A stretch of 64,000 nucleotides of DNA. It comes from Fimbriosthenelais zetlandica (Eukaryota). The stretch spans positions 24,800,001-24,864,000 of the forward strand of contig OZ365112.1 of assembly GCA_977030845.1 (NCBI GenBank), in the 5' to 3' direction. Position 1 is the first letter of the stretch. Every line of letters begins with the position of its first letter. Below the pieces are notes generated by a model, which saw nothing but the letters and a program-made list of their open reading frames with translations, was not told the DNA's origin and searched no databases. This document shows positions 11,565-21,623 of the stretch, one piece after another. A program made the position numbers and the translations under genes.

Positions 11565-12048
11565 CTTGCAGGTTGGCAGATGGTACGACAAAAGGCCTCG
11601 GCTGGTATATGTTAAAGTCCCACACACCTTGCCTTGGATCCTCCGGGGTCTGCTTGTCCAATCTCCTGTCTGTTCACTTCATATTTTGTTGGATCTTACA
11701 CATGGCTGGTCACACACACACCCCACTCTGCAAATGGAACACCGCATGAGTGAGCCACCACCAAGTTTACCTTGACAAAAACCTCGATGTTGTCTCGTTT
11801 TTTTATCTCTGACTCATTGTGTATTAAAGTTCTACCGCGGAAATGTTTAGGAAGCAACCCACTCGGCAAGTCCTGCCGTGTACCTCTGCCACTGATCCTC
11901 GATCTCCTCCTATAGCTCTGTCTCCCCCTCCTCTTCCTACTTGTCCCCCTCCTCCGCCGTGGATCCAACTCATTTCCTCACCTTGCCAATGTACAGGTGT
12001 ATGGACACTGCATGCAGACGGTAGACTTGCTCCGAGGACACGCATGCA
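11565..12048 (-). other. Candidate non-coding (5'-UTR) exons of the membrane-protein gene: 12048-11982 and 11727-11565
   Basis: tgtgtttttttaaccag|67 nt|GTGAGG and ttccatttgcag|163 nt|GTAGGT. The second has stops in all three frames, which fits a UTR. No transcript evidence. Confidence 0.35.
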
Positions 12049-13819
12049 CTGGTTAAAAAAACACAGATTATATTAATGTATGGATCACATTTTCATTACA
12101 TTATTTATCGATGATGCTTTCGCAAAATCAGTATTTCTTTGATATGAGCTTTGCTTTGCACTTCCAATTAGAGCATGAAAGAAAAGACCCTTGACACTTA
12201 ATCAATAATTGAAATTTAACTGCTTCTGAAAAAAGAAGCTAACCTAGGTAATTTATAAGAAAGTGTGCCTTCTTTGTGATGTTCTTCTACGTTTAGCAAA
12301 AGGTTGCTGGAAGACACAAAAAAGATGTTAGGAGACTGAAACAAGTCTTCCTTGTTAGACTTCATTTGCCTGCATGGCAGCTAGGCTCCCCTGAGAGGAA
12401 TGCTTGAGTGACGGTCACATTTAATTAGTCTTCACCCTGCAAGGTGTCTAATTAAGCAGGAGAAATGAAGAGGAGGATCACAGGTTGACAATAAGGAATT
12501 CCTGTAAGTATACTTATGGTAACTTTGTATTACATATTGCATATCATACATATTACACAAATGCCTTTCTTCCTAGGGGCTCGAGCAACCTATTATTTGA
12601 CAAAGTTGATTTGGTATTTTTACCGTGATAATAAAAACTAAATAAAAACGGATAAAATAACTTAAAAAATTAATGTTATATTCACGGAGAAACATTTTGA
12701 ACTCCGGAAGCATACACTTGGATAACTCGCTATTCTTAATAATATCTGGTATGTTGGAACAGTTTCAATAATAACAATTTCACTCTAATTTCACATCACT
12801 GGAAAGTTCTGTCGGCCGATTAGTAATGTTTAGTTTCGCTGGCACATCATCAAAATTTTCAAACACGATTCATAATTTCAACAACATTCGATCTATGCAT
12901 AAAATGACTCATTCAATGGGGTTTTCGAAACATGCAGACAGGGGTACACCCACAGAAATCGTTTAAGCACATAAGGCCTAAAAAGTTTAATAATCCTAAC
13001 AGCGGTTCAATCATGAGAAAAACATGGCATAATAATTGTGCACAAAATTTCATTCATCCATGACATACCGCGGGGACATACCCCTCTAGATCTGGTTGAC
13101 CTACTATAGAGACAGTGCCAGCAGCTTTTGTCTTATGCCATTAAAATCAAATGTATATATTGCCAAATCAAAGGGCCTTTGAACATTTGAAATTAATTAT
13201 GTGGTCTCAGGTTTGTCAACTTGAATTCAGTTTATGACATATGGCAGGTCTTCAGAGGACCTATACCTGGAGTAACATTGCACCCTTGATTATACAACCC
13301 ACCCAGGTGTGTAACAGGGGCAATAATAAGTTATAACAACACAGTCATTACTGGGTGAACATCTACACAAGTAATATAAAGTAAACACCTGATAAAAATT
13401 TAATGGTGGAGATTAAAAAGTGAAACGCAATATAATGCAGCATTTGTAAGCACGAATTCAGAACTTTATCGTATTGGGCGATTGGGGTTCAAAACCTACT
13501 CCAGCACCCCTTACAACCCGCTTGGGACCCTTTAGGAAGTAAACAAAATTGTCATCATTTTGGGATAGAAAACGTATACAAAATAGAACGTATAGCTACC
13601 GGATATGACGAATAGAAAGAAAAGAGACGGATAATGATCGCGGACACACAACGTATATAACGGTCAGAAAACGGACTCAAAACTGACGCGCCGAAAAGAG
13701 CGTATACTATAGGAAATCAGACGCGTCTACCACAGGGAATCTATAGGGAATCAGACGCGTCTACCATAGGGAATCTATAGGGAATTAGACGCGTCTGCCA
13801 TAGGGAATCTATAGGGAAT

Positions 13820-14344
13820 TAGTCCCCTCTGACGCTCTGGGAGGTGAATATTTCAGTAAGTAGGTGGTCATTATGAGCGTATATATGACCGCTCGTGAAC
13901 CAATGAAATCGGCCCTGTTTGACCTAGATAAGCAGGAAGGGTGCTGCTTGTGTGTGTGCATATTAGAGGAGTGTATGTCTGTTTGACCTACATAAGCAGG
14001 AGGGGATGACTGGTCGTGTAGCGGTGGGTAGGGTGAAGTGGGTCATGACTGGAAACATAGCCAGTGAGCGCACAGCCACATACAGGCTTTTGAACAAGGT
14101 ATGACAATGTAAAGAGACACATGAAGGAAATCGTGAATAAAACATGATTTATGGCATTAAAAGTTCTGTATCGATGACAGGTAAGGGGGTTAAATGTGTG
14201 CCGGGGACTAAAGCAATTAGACCCTTTGTTGGTTTCGCGTTCGCCCCGTCTAGTGCGTATATACTCTCGCGCTCACGCGCTCGAGTATATATTTACGCAC
14301 TAGACGGGTCTCACGCTCAACCAACAAAGGGTCTATTTGTATAT
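13820..14344. mobile_element. HINE/Helentron-like non-autonomous insertion in the minisatellite
   Basis: Interrupts one unit at GGAAT^TAGACG (TT target, no clear TSD). Inverted repeat TTAGTCCCC (13819-13827) / GGGGACTAA (14203-14211), the latter subterminal. Contains an internal duplicated motif tgtttgaccta(g/c)ataagcagga. Confidence 0.5.
14220..14333. mobile_element. 114-bp MITE with 15-bp TIRs and TA target-site duplication
   Basis: GACCCTTTGTTGGTT (14220-14234) / AACCAACAAAGGGTC (14319-14333) are perfect TIRs, with TA at 14218-19 and 14334-35. Inner perfect arms are CCCGTCTAGTGCGTA (14245-59) / TACGCACTAGACGGG (14294-308). Confidence 0.8.
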
Positions 14345-15016
14345 TAGACGCGTCTGCCATAGGGAATCTATAGGGAATTAGACGCGTCTGCCATAGGGAA
14401 TCTATAGGAAATCAGACGCGTCTACCACAGGGAATCTATAGAAAATCAGACGCGTCTACCACAGGGAATCTATAGGGAATCAGACGCGTCTACCATAGGG
14501 AATCTATAGGGAATCAGACGCGTCTACCATAGGGAATCTATAGGGAATTAGACGCGTCTACCATAGGGAACCTAAAGGGAATCAGACGCGTCTACCACAG
14601 GGAATGTATATAGGAAATCAGACGCGTCTACCACAGGGAATCTATAGGGAATCAGACGCGTCAACCATAGAGAATCTATAGGCAATCAGATGCGTCTTCC
14701 ATAGGGAACCTATAGGGAATCAGATAAGTGTTAGTTCCCGCTTTTGCCGAGGGCGGCGGCGTAGTAGGTCTACGCGCCCGGGCGCGAGGAGTGAGAATCG
14801 TGCCGAGTAAAACACTAGGCTACCTGTGCCTCTTGCCAATGTATGTATTCCAAATGAAGATCACACTGAAAGCCGAAAGCTTGTAAACCATAAAATCCAT
14901 TGGCCAGTGCCTCCGAGCAATGGTAGTAACACAAGTATAAAATTATCCTAAGTGATACTTTTGCATATATGGGCGATGAGAATACCTGTAGGAATACATT
15001 TTTAAAAAGCACCTAC

Positions 15017-15100
15017 CTGTGGGTGCAAGAGTTGCCTTCCATCGTCGGTGAATAAGGACAAAATAATACTTGCTTGTACGGTTGATAACAATGTCCTATT
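15017..15100 (-). other. Candidate first exon of the membrane-protein gene
   Basis: Donor CAG|GTAGGT at 15017/15016. ATG at 15042 (GACGATGG; MEGNSCTH, phase 2) is compatible with the phase-2 acceptor at 7032. Two ATTGG (CCAAT) boxes lie upstream. The 5' limit is a guess. Confidence 0.3.
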
Positions 15101-15524
15101 TTAGTAGGCCTACCCTGTTGTCAAATGTCGATGTATTGAAGTGGCCAACTACAAAACAATCCTAATTGACACCTTTTTGCAGCCAATCTCGATCAACATC
15201 GCCGAACCTACCCACCCATTTCCAATCACTACCTCCTCCCCCATACAAAATGCATCGACCCAATTCTACCATTTACAAAGTCAGGAACTTTATAAAATAT
15301 CGGTTGTTTATTTTTGTGCTTTTCCAAATAAATAACATTATATCAAATTAAATATCAGTTTATCATTATATAATACATTTATAACATTATGATTATCCTA
15401 TACTAAACGCCACTCGTAAGATTACAACACTATTCTATCCCCAACTCCCTCCCGCTCATCATCCCAATGACTTCGTGACAAAATAAGAAACACCACATTT
15501 CGGTTTATAACAAAACAGAAGACA

Positions 15525-15530
15525 TTTATT
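15525..15530 (-). terminator. Distal polyadenylation signal (AATAAA) of the bZIP gene
   Basis: Minus strand AATAAA followed ~25 nt later by the GU/U-rich tgtggtgtttcttatttgt. A proximal AATAAA with a GU-rich downstream region is at 18653-18648. Confidence 0.5.
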
Positions 15531-18500
15531 GCCATGACTACAATGTAAACATACCCCTAAGACAAGCATTAGGGCTGCCCGGGACCAAAAGTGTTTTCAG
15601 CATTCTTGGTTTTACACAGTATCATTTATTCACTAATGTAATACAAGTGAACCTTCATAGATGAACAAAAGAGGCCTACCTTACAGCTTTAATAGTCAAG
15701 TTGGTATTTGAAAGGGGAAGGAAATAATCACCATATTTTTTTAAATTCATTTTTAACATAAATCAGACCACTTATGCAGGTATGTATAATAAACAGGCAA
15801 GCTATTACAAGCATGATAGTTTATACAGACTACCTTTTCCCTCTCATATCTCCATTCATCGACGTACACGGTCAACTATTCCCACTCTCTCTTTCTCCTT
15901 CATAACTCTTTCAGACTACATTAATTTATATGAGAACAAAAGAAATTGCTTGAGGTATTGGTGTTCTACACTGATTGAATTCTGATAAAGGAATACTTAT
16001 AAATAAACTCTTAAATATAGCAGTACCACTTTAGTGATTTGATTCGAAAGCAGAAGTAGAATCAAGGGACTCATTTCACAAGGAAGATGCGCAGTAAACA
16101 TTGGCTAATGTAGCGCAACTTAAGAACTTTATGAAACAGATCCCCCGTGTACATTATATAGACTGCTGCACAACACTATACAATACTGTGTTCAACACTT
16201 GAATATATAAACCTCATCAAGATGGACACTTTCTTTCCAAAAAGGAATGAAAAAGGTGGACTTGAGACTGTCTTATTACTGGGTCTGTCATTATAATGTG
16301 TAGCAGACGCGATAAACCCGACTTTTTTTCCAGTGAGTGGAGATATGTAATGGCATACACTTTCTTTAGGGGAAAAACTCTCGAAAAATAATCTGGATGT
16401 ACTTCTGAGACTGCCCAAGCAAAGGTCCTCCCCTAGTATTATAGTTTTACAATCAGCAGTGGAGCTATAGGTAAGGGCCTCCATCTTTCCGTTTTCAAGT
16501 GAGTCCATTAGAGGAAAAAATTCAAAATAGTGTTCAAGATGAAACTTCAGATACTGTCTTTTATGATTAGGCGCTTAAACTTGAAATCTTACATCTACAA
16601 GCGATATAATAGACTACAGTGGTCAAGGTTATAGGAGGCAACACAAAATTATTCATTATTTCTTAATACTTTGGATTGGACCCAGTCTATTTTAATCAAA
16701 ACAATAATCAGTTATTATCAGTCATCAGTTTGTAGATATGGAATCCATGGCTACAAATGCACTTGTTTTATACACATAATGCTTATACATATTAGGTAAT
16801 TAAAGTCATCCATTGAAGAGATTTTTAAGGGTTCATTCCAAGAAATCAATCGGACAGATTACATATCATTGGTACACCTGGTATTCCTGTCAATTTCTCA
16901 ATCCCTGAGGTCTGGTTACATGGTTGATTTCAGGATAAACATTCTATGCATCGTGAGATCTAAAATAATATCTGAGACTGTGTGAATAATATGATTTTCG
17001 GGCAGTTCGGCCGGTAAGGTTTGTCAAATAAATACATAAACGAGGTAGTACACACTCTGTTAGAGACAAAAGAAAAAATCCTTCTTTCCTCGGCATCATC
17101 AATCACAATCTATTCAACTCAAAAATGAACCTTGCTCTCATGGAAAATTTTTCAGAATTAAGCACAGAACCTTTCCTTATTAGGACTGTACAACCTCAAT
17201 GAATTAAAAGAAGAATGAATCCAACCCCACAAAAACAATCCTGTGGGTCCAAGTCTCCCAGTACATAAATAATAGCCAAGGAATGCCTTGGACTCCAACC
17301 AAATTTGAAAAGGTTCAATTAAGCAATAATCTGGTCAAAGATTTATATATAATTAACCGATAATGCACCAAAATTAGACAGAGAAGCATAGACAGCTACC
17401 TCCTAAAGTACGAACTACACGTAAATGCATTATCCTCACGTACATAGCACTAACAAAATGGTATGCCGAAAACAAAGGAAAACATCAATTGATGTCTTTG
17501 CCTACAATGAGCAGCCTTCCAATGATTCACTCGTAGAACATCTGAACATGGCGATGAGAGAATTATAACACAGAATAATGATATGAATACAGCATATTTC
17601 AACTGACAATCTCAGTCAACGGTTTGGTGGTCTCGAGAAAATAGAACAAGGAATTGCCTCTCATGAGAGAAGATGGCTCCTGATTTCAGAAAAATGAACA
17701 ATCGTACGTATGGCAAATTGAGTACACACTAAAATACATAGGATACACTTGACACTTCTACTACACAAAAATATGATTAATTAGGCCTTGTAAGGACAAA
17801 GCCTTTTGGTTCTTGAACCACTTGAGGTAGACGTGTATTTTTGGAACACTACACCAGAAGAAACTGTGTAGATGTTGACTGACAGACAAAATTTACAGGT
17901 GCAAAATATAGAGCTAGCAGGCGTGAAAACATTGAAACCCTGTTTGCCACTTCGTGTCTCTAAAGACCCATACAAAAGGTCATACATCATTGGTGAGATT
18001 GGATATGGTTTTTTTTGTAGTTACAGTTCGTGTTATTGGTTCTCAAGGTCTTTTTCATCGCAAAGATATGCCACATTAACCGATGGGTTACAGCAGTCCA
18101 TCTTTGTTCGGAAACATACCTCAGGTTAAGCAATTTTAATGGTTAGAAATGAAATAATCCAGTAGTCAGCAATAACGCATGAGTGAGCATGTACACAAAC
18201 CTTTCAGTATACCTATCATACCAACATAGTGTGAATCATAAGATCATATATTAAAAAAATTAAAGAAAATGTTTTCCATGAGCAGAGAAATCTATAAAGA
18301 AAACCAGTCAACACCTGACGTTAAAATGATAACCTGAAATAACCACGTCTGTAACGTATACATTCCAACTTTGAAAAGCACCCTGACGTGGAGGAATTCC
18401 CGATAGAAATATGGATGATAATTAATATGAAATACAAAGTGAAATAATGCAAAATTATCTCATGGAGGTATTGGACATTGGACACGACCAGTATACATTG

Positions 18501-20267
18501 ACGAGGTATATATTAATAAGGTTTATATGAGATCTTGAGACAGCATGTATACATACAAGCCCCCATCTTCATCACAAGATTAAACCTTTAAACAACCTTC
18601 ACAGGCAACACGATTAAAACCTATACTCATGTTGGCAAGATGGTATATTTATTTGTATAATACTGCGAACAATTCAACCGGTTCAATTCATCAACAGATT
18701 CTGATGATAGCAGTACAGGTTCAGTCAGCGAGATTTACAAGTGCTTCACCATTGAAGAATAAGTTCTTAAAGGAAATTATCTGTACAACGCTTCTGGGGG
18801 TAGGGGGATACGAGGCGAAGGAACGCCTTAAAGGCTTAAATCACCACATTAGCTTCTCAATGCTGAAGTATCAATGCAAAGAGCAACTAAAGAATCGGGA
18901 AATAATTATTATGTACACTTTTTGAAACTGCCTGCCTAACTAAGATAAAGTGAACATGAAGGTGAGATGATGAGGTCCTAATACTTAATTATAATTCTCC
19001 AGGCCACTGAAGGTGCACTGTTCCCTGATTTATATCATAAAATTCAATGATGAATCCTAATTGGGGCAAAGACTATGCAACAAAGTGAAGACAAAACACT
19101 CAGGTCATTACATCCCCTGTAGTCCCTTCACTTTCACGAGTCCAACGAGACTCGGGGGACAAATGCCGTAAACCTTCTTCCATCGTACCATATTTCCACC
19201 ATGCAATTCAAAAGGTGCTGTTTCATAGCAAAGATGAGCCAGCTTAATTAGCCAATCTAGAGTCAATGTATGAACTAATGTATCAAATCTCTGCTCTGAA
19301 ACAGTAACTTTACTTTGAAGGGGAATTTATACATCAGTTCACATAGCACTCTTATGAGAAGATTCACACTGTTTGCAACCAGTCAACCATGACAGCTTTT
19401 ATACCATTGTCTATAATACGCCGTAACTTGGCTGCTCTTCCATCTGTAGATGGATTGTAAACATACTACGTGTATACATACACGTAAGAATTACGTGCAA
19501 AGAATGAACACTAGGGTTCAGCACAATGTCGCGAAGCGTTCTAAGAGAAAGTCCTGTGCATTTTACATTACAGTTGAACGAGTTCTGAGGTATTTTGCCC
19601 ACATAAACACCAAACTCAGGCACTTCATTTGTGGATGAACTTCGAGTGCGTGTCTTTTGGAATGAAATAATGTGATGGATTTAAACCCATAGTGAATATA
19701 TGCTCGATAGTGGCGCCACGCGGTAGATGTGTTGAACACTAAAATACTTGGCCAGCAGTGGCTCCGCAGTCCTTTAAGACCACGTACTAGAGTCAGCTTT
19801 AACATTGCCTGCAATAAAGTGAAAGTTCTTGAAACGTTGGTGTCTCGAAACATATATATGTGTATCATTTGACACCAAATGTGACTGCCAAACACAATGT
19901 CAAAATATCCAGGCAGACGCCCTTACTGGTGAAGTGAAGAACCAAGTTGATTGCCATCATCATATCATCATTTAATCCATGTCTTCTCAATGTTGCACAA
20001 TAGCCAATGTAGCCTAAATCTATCAATGTAGCTCGGGATCGCAAAGATCCTACAACACCAACACACCAACACCCACATGATTGATGATCTATGTACAGAA
20101 TGATTTGGTGTGTGATTTGGGGGTGTGGGTGTGTGTGTTAAGGTGGGTGTGTTACACGACAGTTATGACATATGAGGGAACACACCAGGCACATCCTTAG
20201 GACAAAAAGTCTGCATGAAATGTAGGTTTTGTCTATCTTTCTGCTATATGACTTTGAAACCATCGCG

Positions 20268-20569
20268 TCAAGGTCGCGACCTCTTCTGCAACAAGAGTTG
20301 TCGTAGCGAGTTGGCTTCCTCTCTCAAAGTGGCTACTTGTGCTCGTAAGATGGCATTTTCTTTTTCTAAAAAGCTCGCCCTGATAGCGATCTCATCTTCT
20401 CTGGCTTTGCGAGCATCTCGCGACTTCTTCGCTGCTTGGTTGTTTCGTTTTCTTCGTTCGAAGTATTTGTTGTCTTTCAGGTCTTCTGGAATGGGTTTCT
20501 TTTCGCTCCGCGGACGGCGTTGCGACTGTTGTGTGAGAGCAATGGCATGAGCGACAGCGCTTGATGGAC
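20268..20569 (-). CDS. Last coding exon of a PAR-family bZIP transcription factor (CES-2 / Drosophila CG7786-like; HLF/TEF/DBP/giant-related)
   Basis: Acceptor ctttctacttcttctacttgcag|GT (phase 1). Encodes RRPRSEKKPIPEDLKDNKYFERRKRNNQAAKKSRDARKAREDEIAIRASFLEKENAILRAQVATLREEANSLRQLLLQKRSRP*: the PAR-type basic region (NNxAAKxSR, IAIRASFLEKEN) plus a leucine zipper. Stop TGA at 20270-20268. Confidence 0.95.
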
Positions 20570-20760
20570 CTGCAAGTAGAAGAAGTAGAAAGATAGTTAG
20601 CAAAGGTTGGGAGATTGTTTGATTTGACTTTTCAAAGTAAAGTGGTGTGACAGAAGCAATTAACTGTGTATAGTGGGTCCAAATATAGACAGGCCCACAG
20701 CCTGCTGTCTCCGAAGCTACCATGGGTGGAGAAGATGCGACAGGTTCAGACCAGCCTCAC

Positions 20761-20803
20761 CAGATGGCAGGCCTGGTGCTGGCCCGAGCAACGAGGCTGA
20801 CAT
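20761..20803 (-). CDS. Candidate alternative short 5' coding exon of the bZIP gene (MSASLLGPAPGLPS)
   Basis: ATG at 20803 and donor TCTG|GTGAGG (phase 1), giving a 191-nt intron to the bZIP acceptor. Could instead be a 36-nt symmetric cassette exon using gtcag| at 20797/20796. Confidence 0.4.
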
Positions 20804-21413
20804 ATTGCAGGAGATCACACAATGTGATTGTCAATCACACAATGTGATGGTCAGGTCTCAGCTCGGAATGATTGCTTTCTTTGTTGTTACTTCTTAGAGT
20901 AAAATGAGTTACTTAAACGAAAATCTTAGAAATACAAACATCCGAAACGAAGAAATTGAGGACTGGGATATTTATATGTTTGGTAATTGGTCGATATTTC
21001 TCAAAATGCATAGTGAATTGCATGCTTAAATATCGACCAAGCATACTCGTGTACATATTATTTTAAACGTCGTTTTAAACATTTTGGGGATATAGACCCA
21101 ATTTATCAGAATAAGCAGCACTGGGGATTCAGGTGACAGAATCACTTGAAACATACTTAGTTCGGTGAATACTTCAGACAGAAGGAATTTGCATGTTTTC
21201 AATACTTAGAAGATATATTAAGTTCCAGTGAGACTCAGGGGCAGAGGGCACACATAACAAAGTGATGCGTTTCCACTTAAGCTTGAGTAGGGCTATCATG
21301 AGCTTACAATGTTCATGTTTCTGACAACGTCAACTAATGGACAGGTCGCCCACCTGTCCCTTCATCTACACTGTCCACACCACCCCTCCCCCACCCCCAC
21401 CCCCTTACCTCAC

Positions 21414-21623
21414 CTGCCTCTCTCACAAAACCCCCGCCACACCTGCTAACACCTGATGACCAAAGCTTAGCCATTGTTCTGTCCTTCTCCCCTCCCCCTC
21501 TCCACCTCCTTCGTCCTCTCCTTCTCCCCCTAATTTCCTCCCAAGGCAAAGCCAAAGAGACATTTTAAGTTCCTTGGCAAAGCATAGAAATCTCAAATAT
21601 ATACTCAACAACGAAGATCGCGC
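21414..21623 (-). other. Candidate alternative or poison exon of the bZIP gene
   Basis: Acceptor ttttctatattacag|, donor CAG|GTGAGG, 210 nt, phase 1-1. In-frame TAA at 21567-65, then an in-frame ACAATGG at 21474 (MAKLWSSGVSRCGGGFVREA). Confidence 0.35.

Larger units (their letters stand above)
13707..14724. repeat. 34-bp minisatellite (AGACGCGTCTACCATAGGGAATCTATAGGGAATC), ~3 units + ~11 units, split by an insertion
   Basis: Units start at 13719, 13753, 13787, then 14346, 14380, 14414, 14448, 14482, 14516, 14550, 14584, 14620, 14654 and 14688. There are no spacers. Confidence 0.95.
13601..14818 (+). mobile_element. Probable non-autonomous (Helitron-like?) element carrying an internal 34-bp tandem array
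   Basis: CpG-rich block flanked by GCTACC (13595-13600 and 14819-14824). The right end has a 14-bp palindrome CGCGCCCGGGCGCG (14773-14786) followed by CTAG (14815-14818). Boundaries are tentative. Confidence 0.4.

Noticed and set aside
11773-11833. ...KRDNIEVFVK|GT resembling the CLIC N-terminal IELFVK
   Set aside because: No downstream exon with the CLIC CPF(S/C) motif, and the following frames are closed; treated as coincidence.
13707-14724. 34-bp palindromic repeats as a CRISPR array
   Set aside because: The units are head-to-tail with no unique spacers, there are no cas genes, and the context is a eukaryotic intron.
17422-17440. TAAATGCATTATC matching the 5' part of miR-277; similar partial matches to miR-279 (~11260) and miR-124 (~60146)
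   Set aside because: The match stops at 10-13 nt and there is no precursor hairpin.
16176-18129. ORFs of 69-110 aa downstream of the bZIP stop
   Set aside because: No splice context or recognisable motif; the region looks like 3' UTR.
20814-20848. Similarity to the bacterial CRP site (TGTGA/TCACA)
   Set aside because: Wrong orientation and spacing, and irrelevant in a eukaryotic locus.
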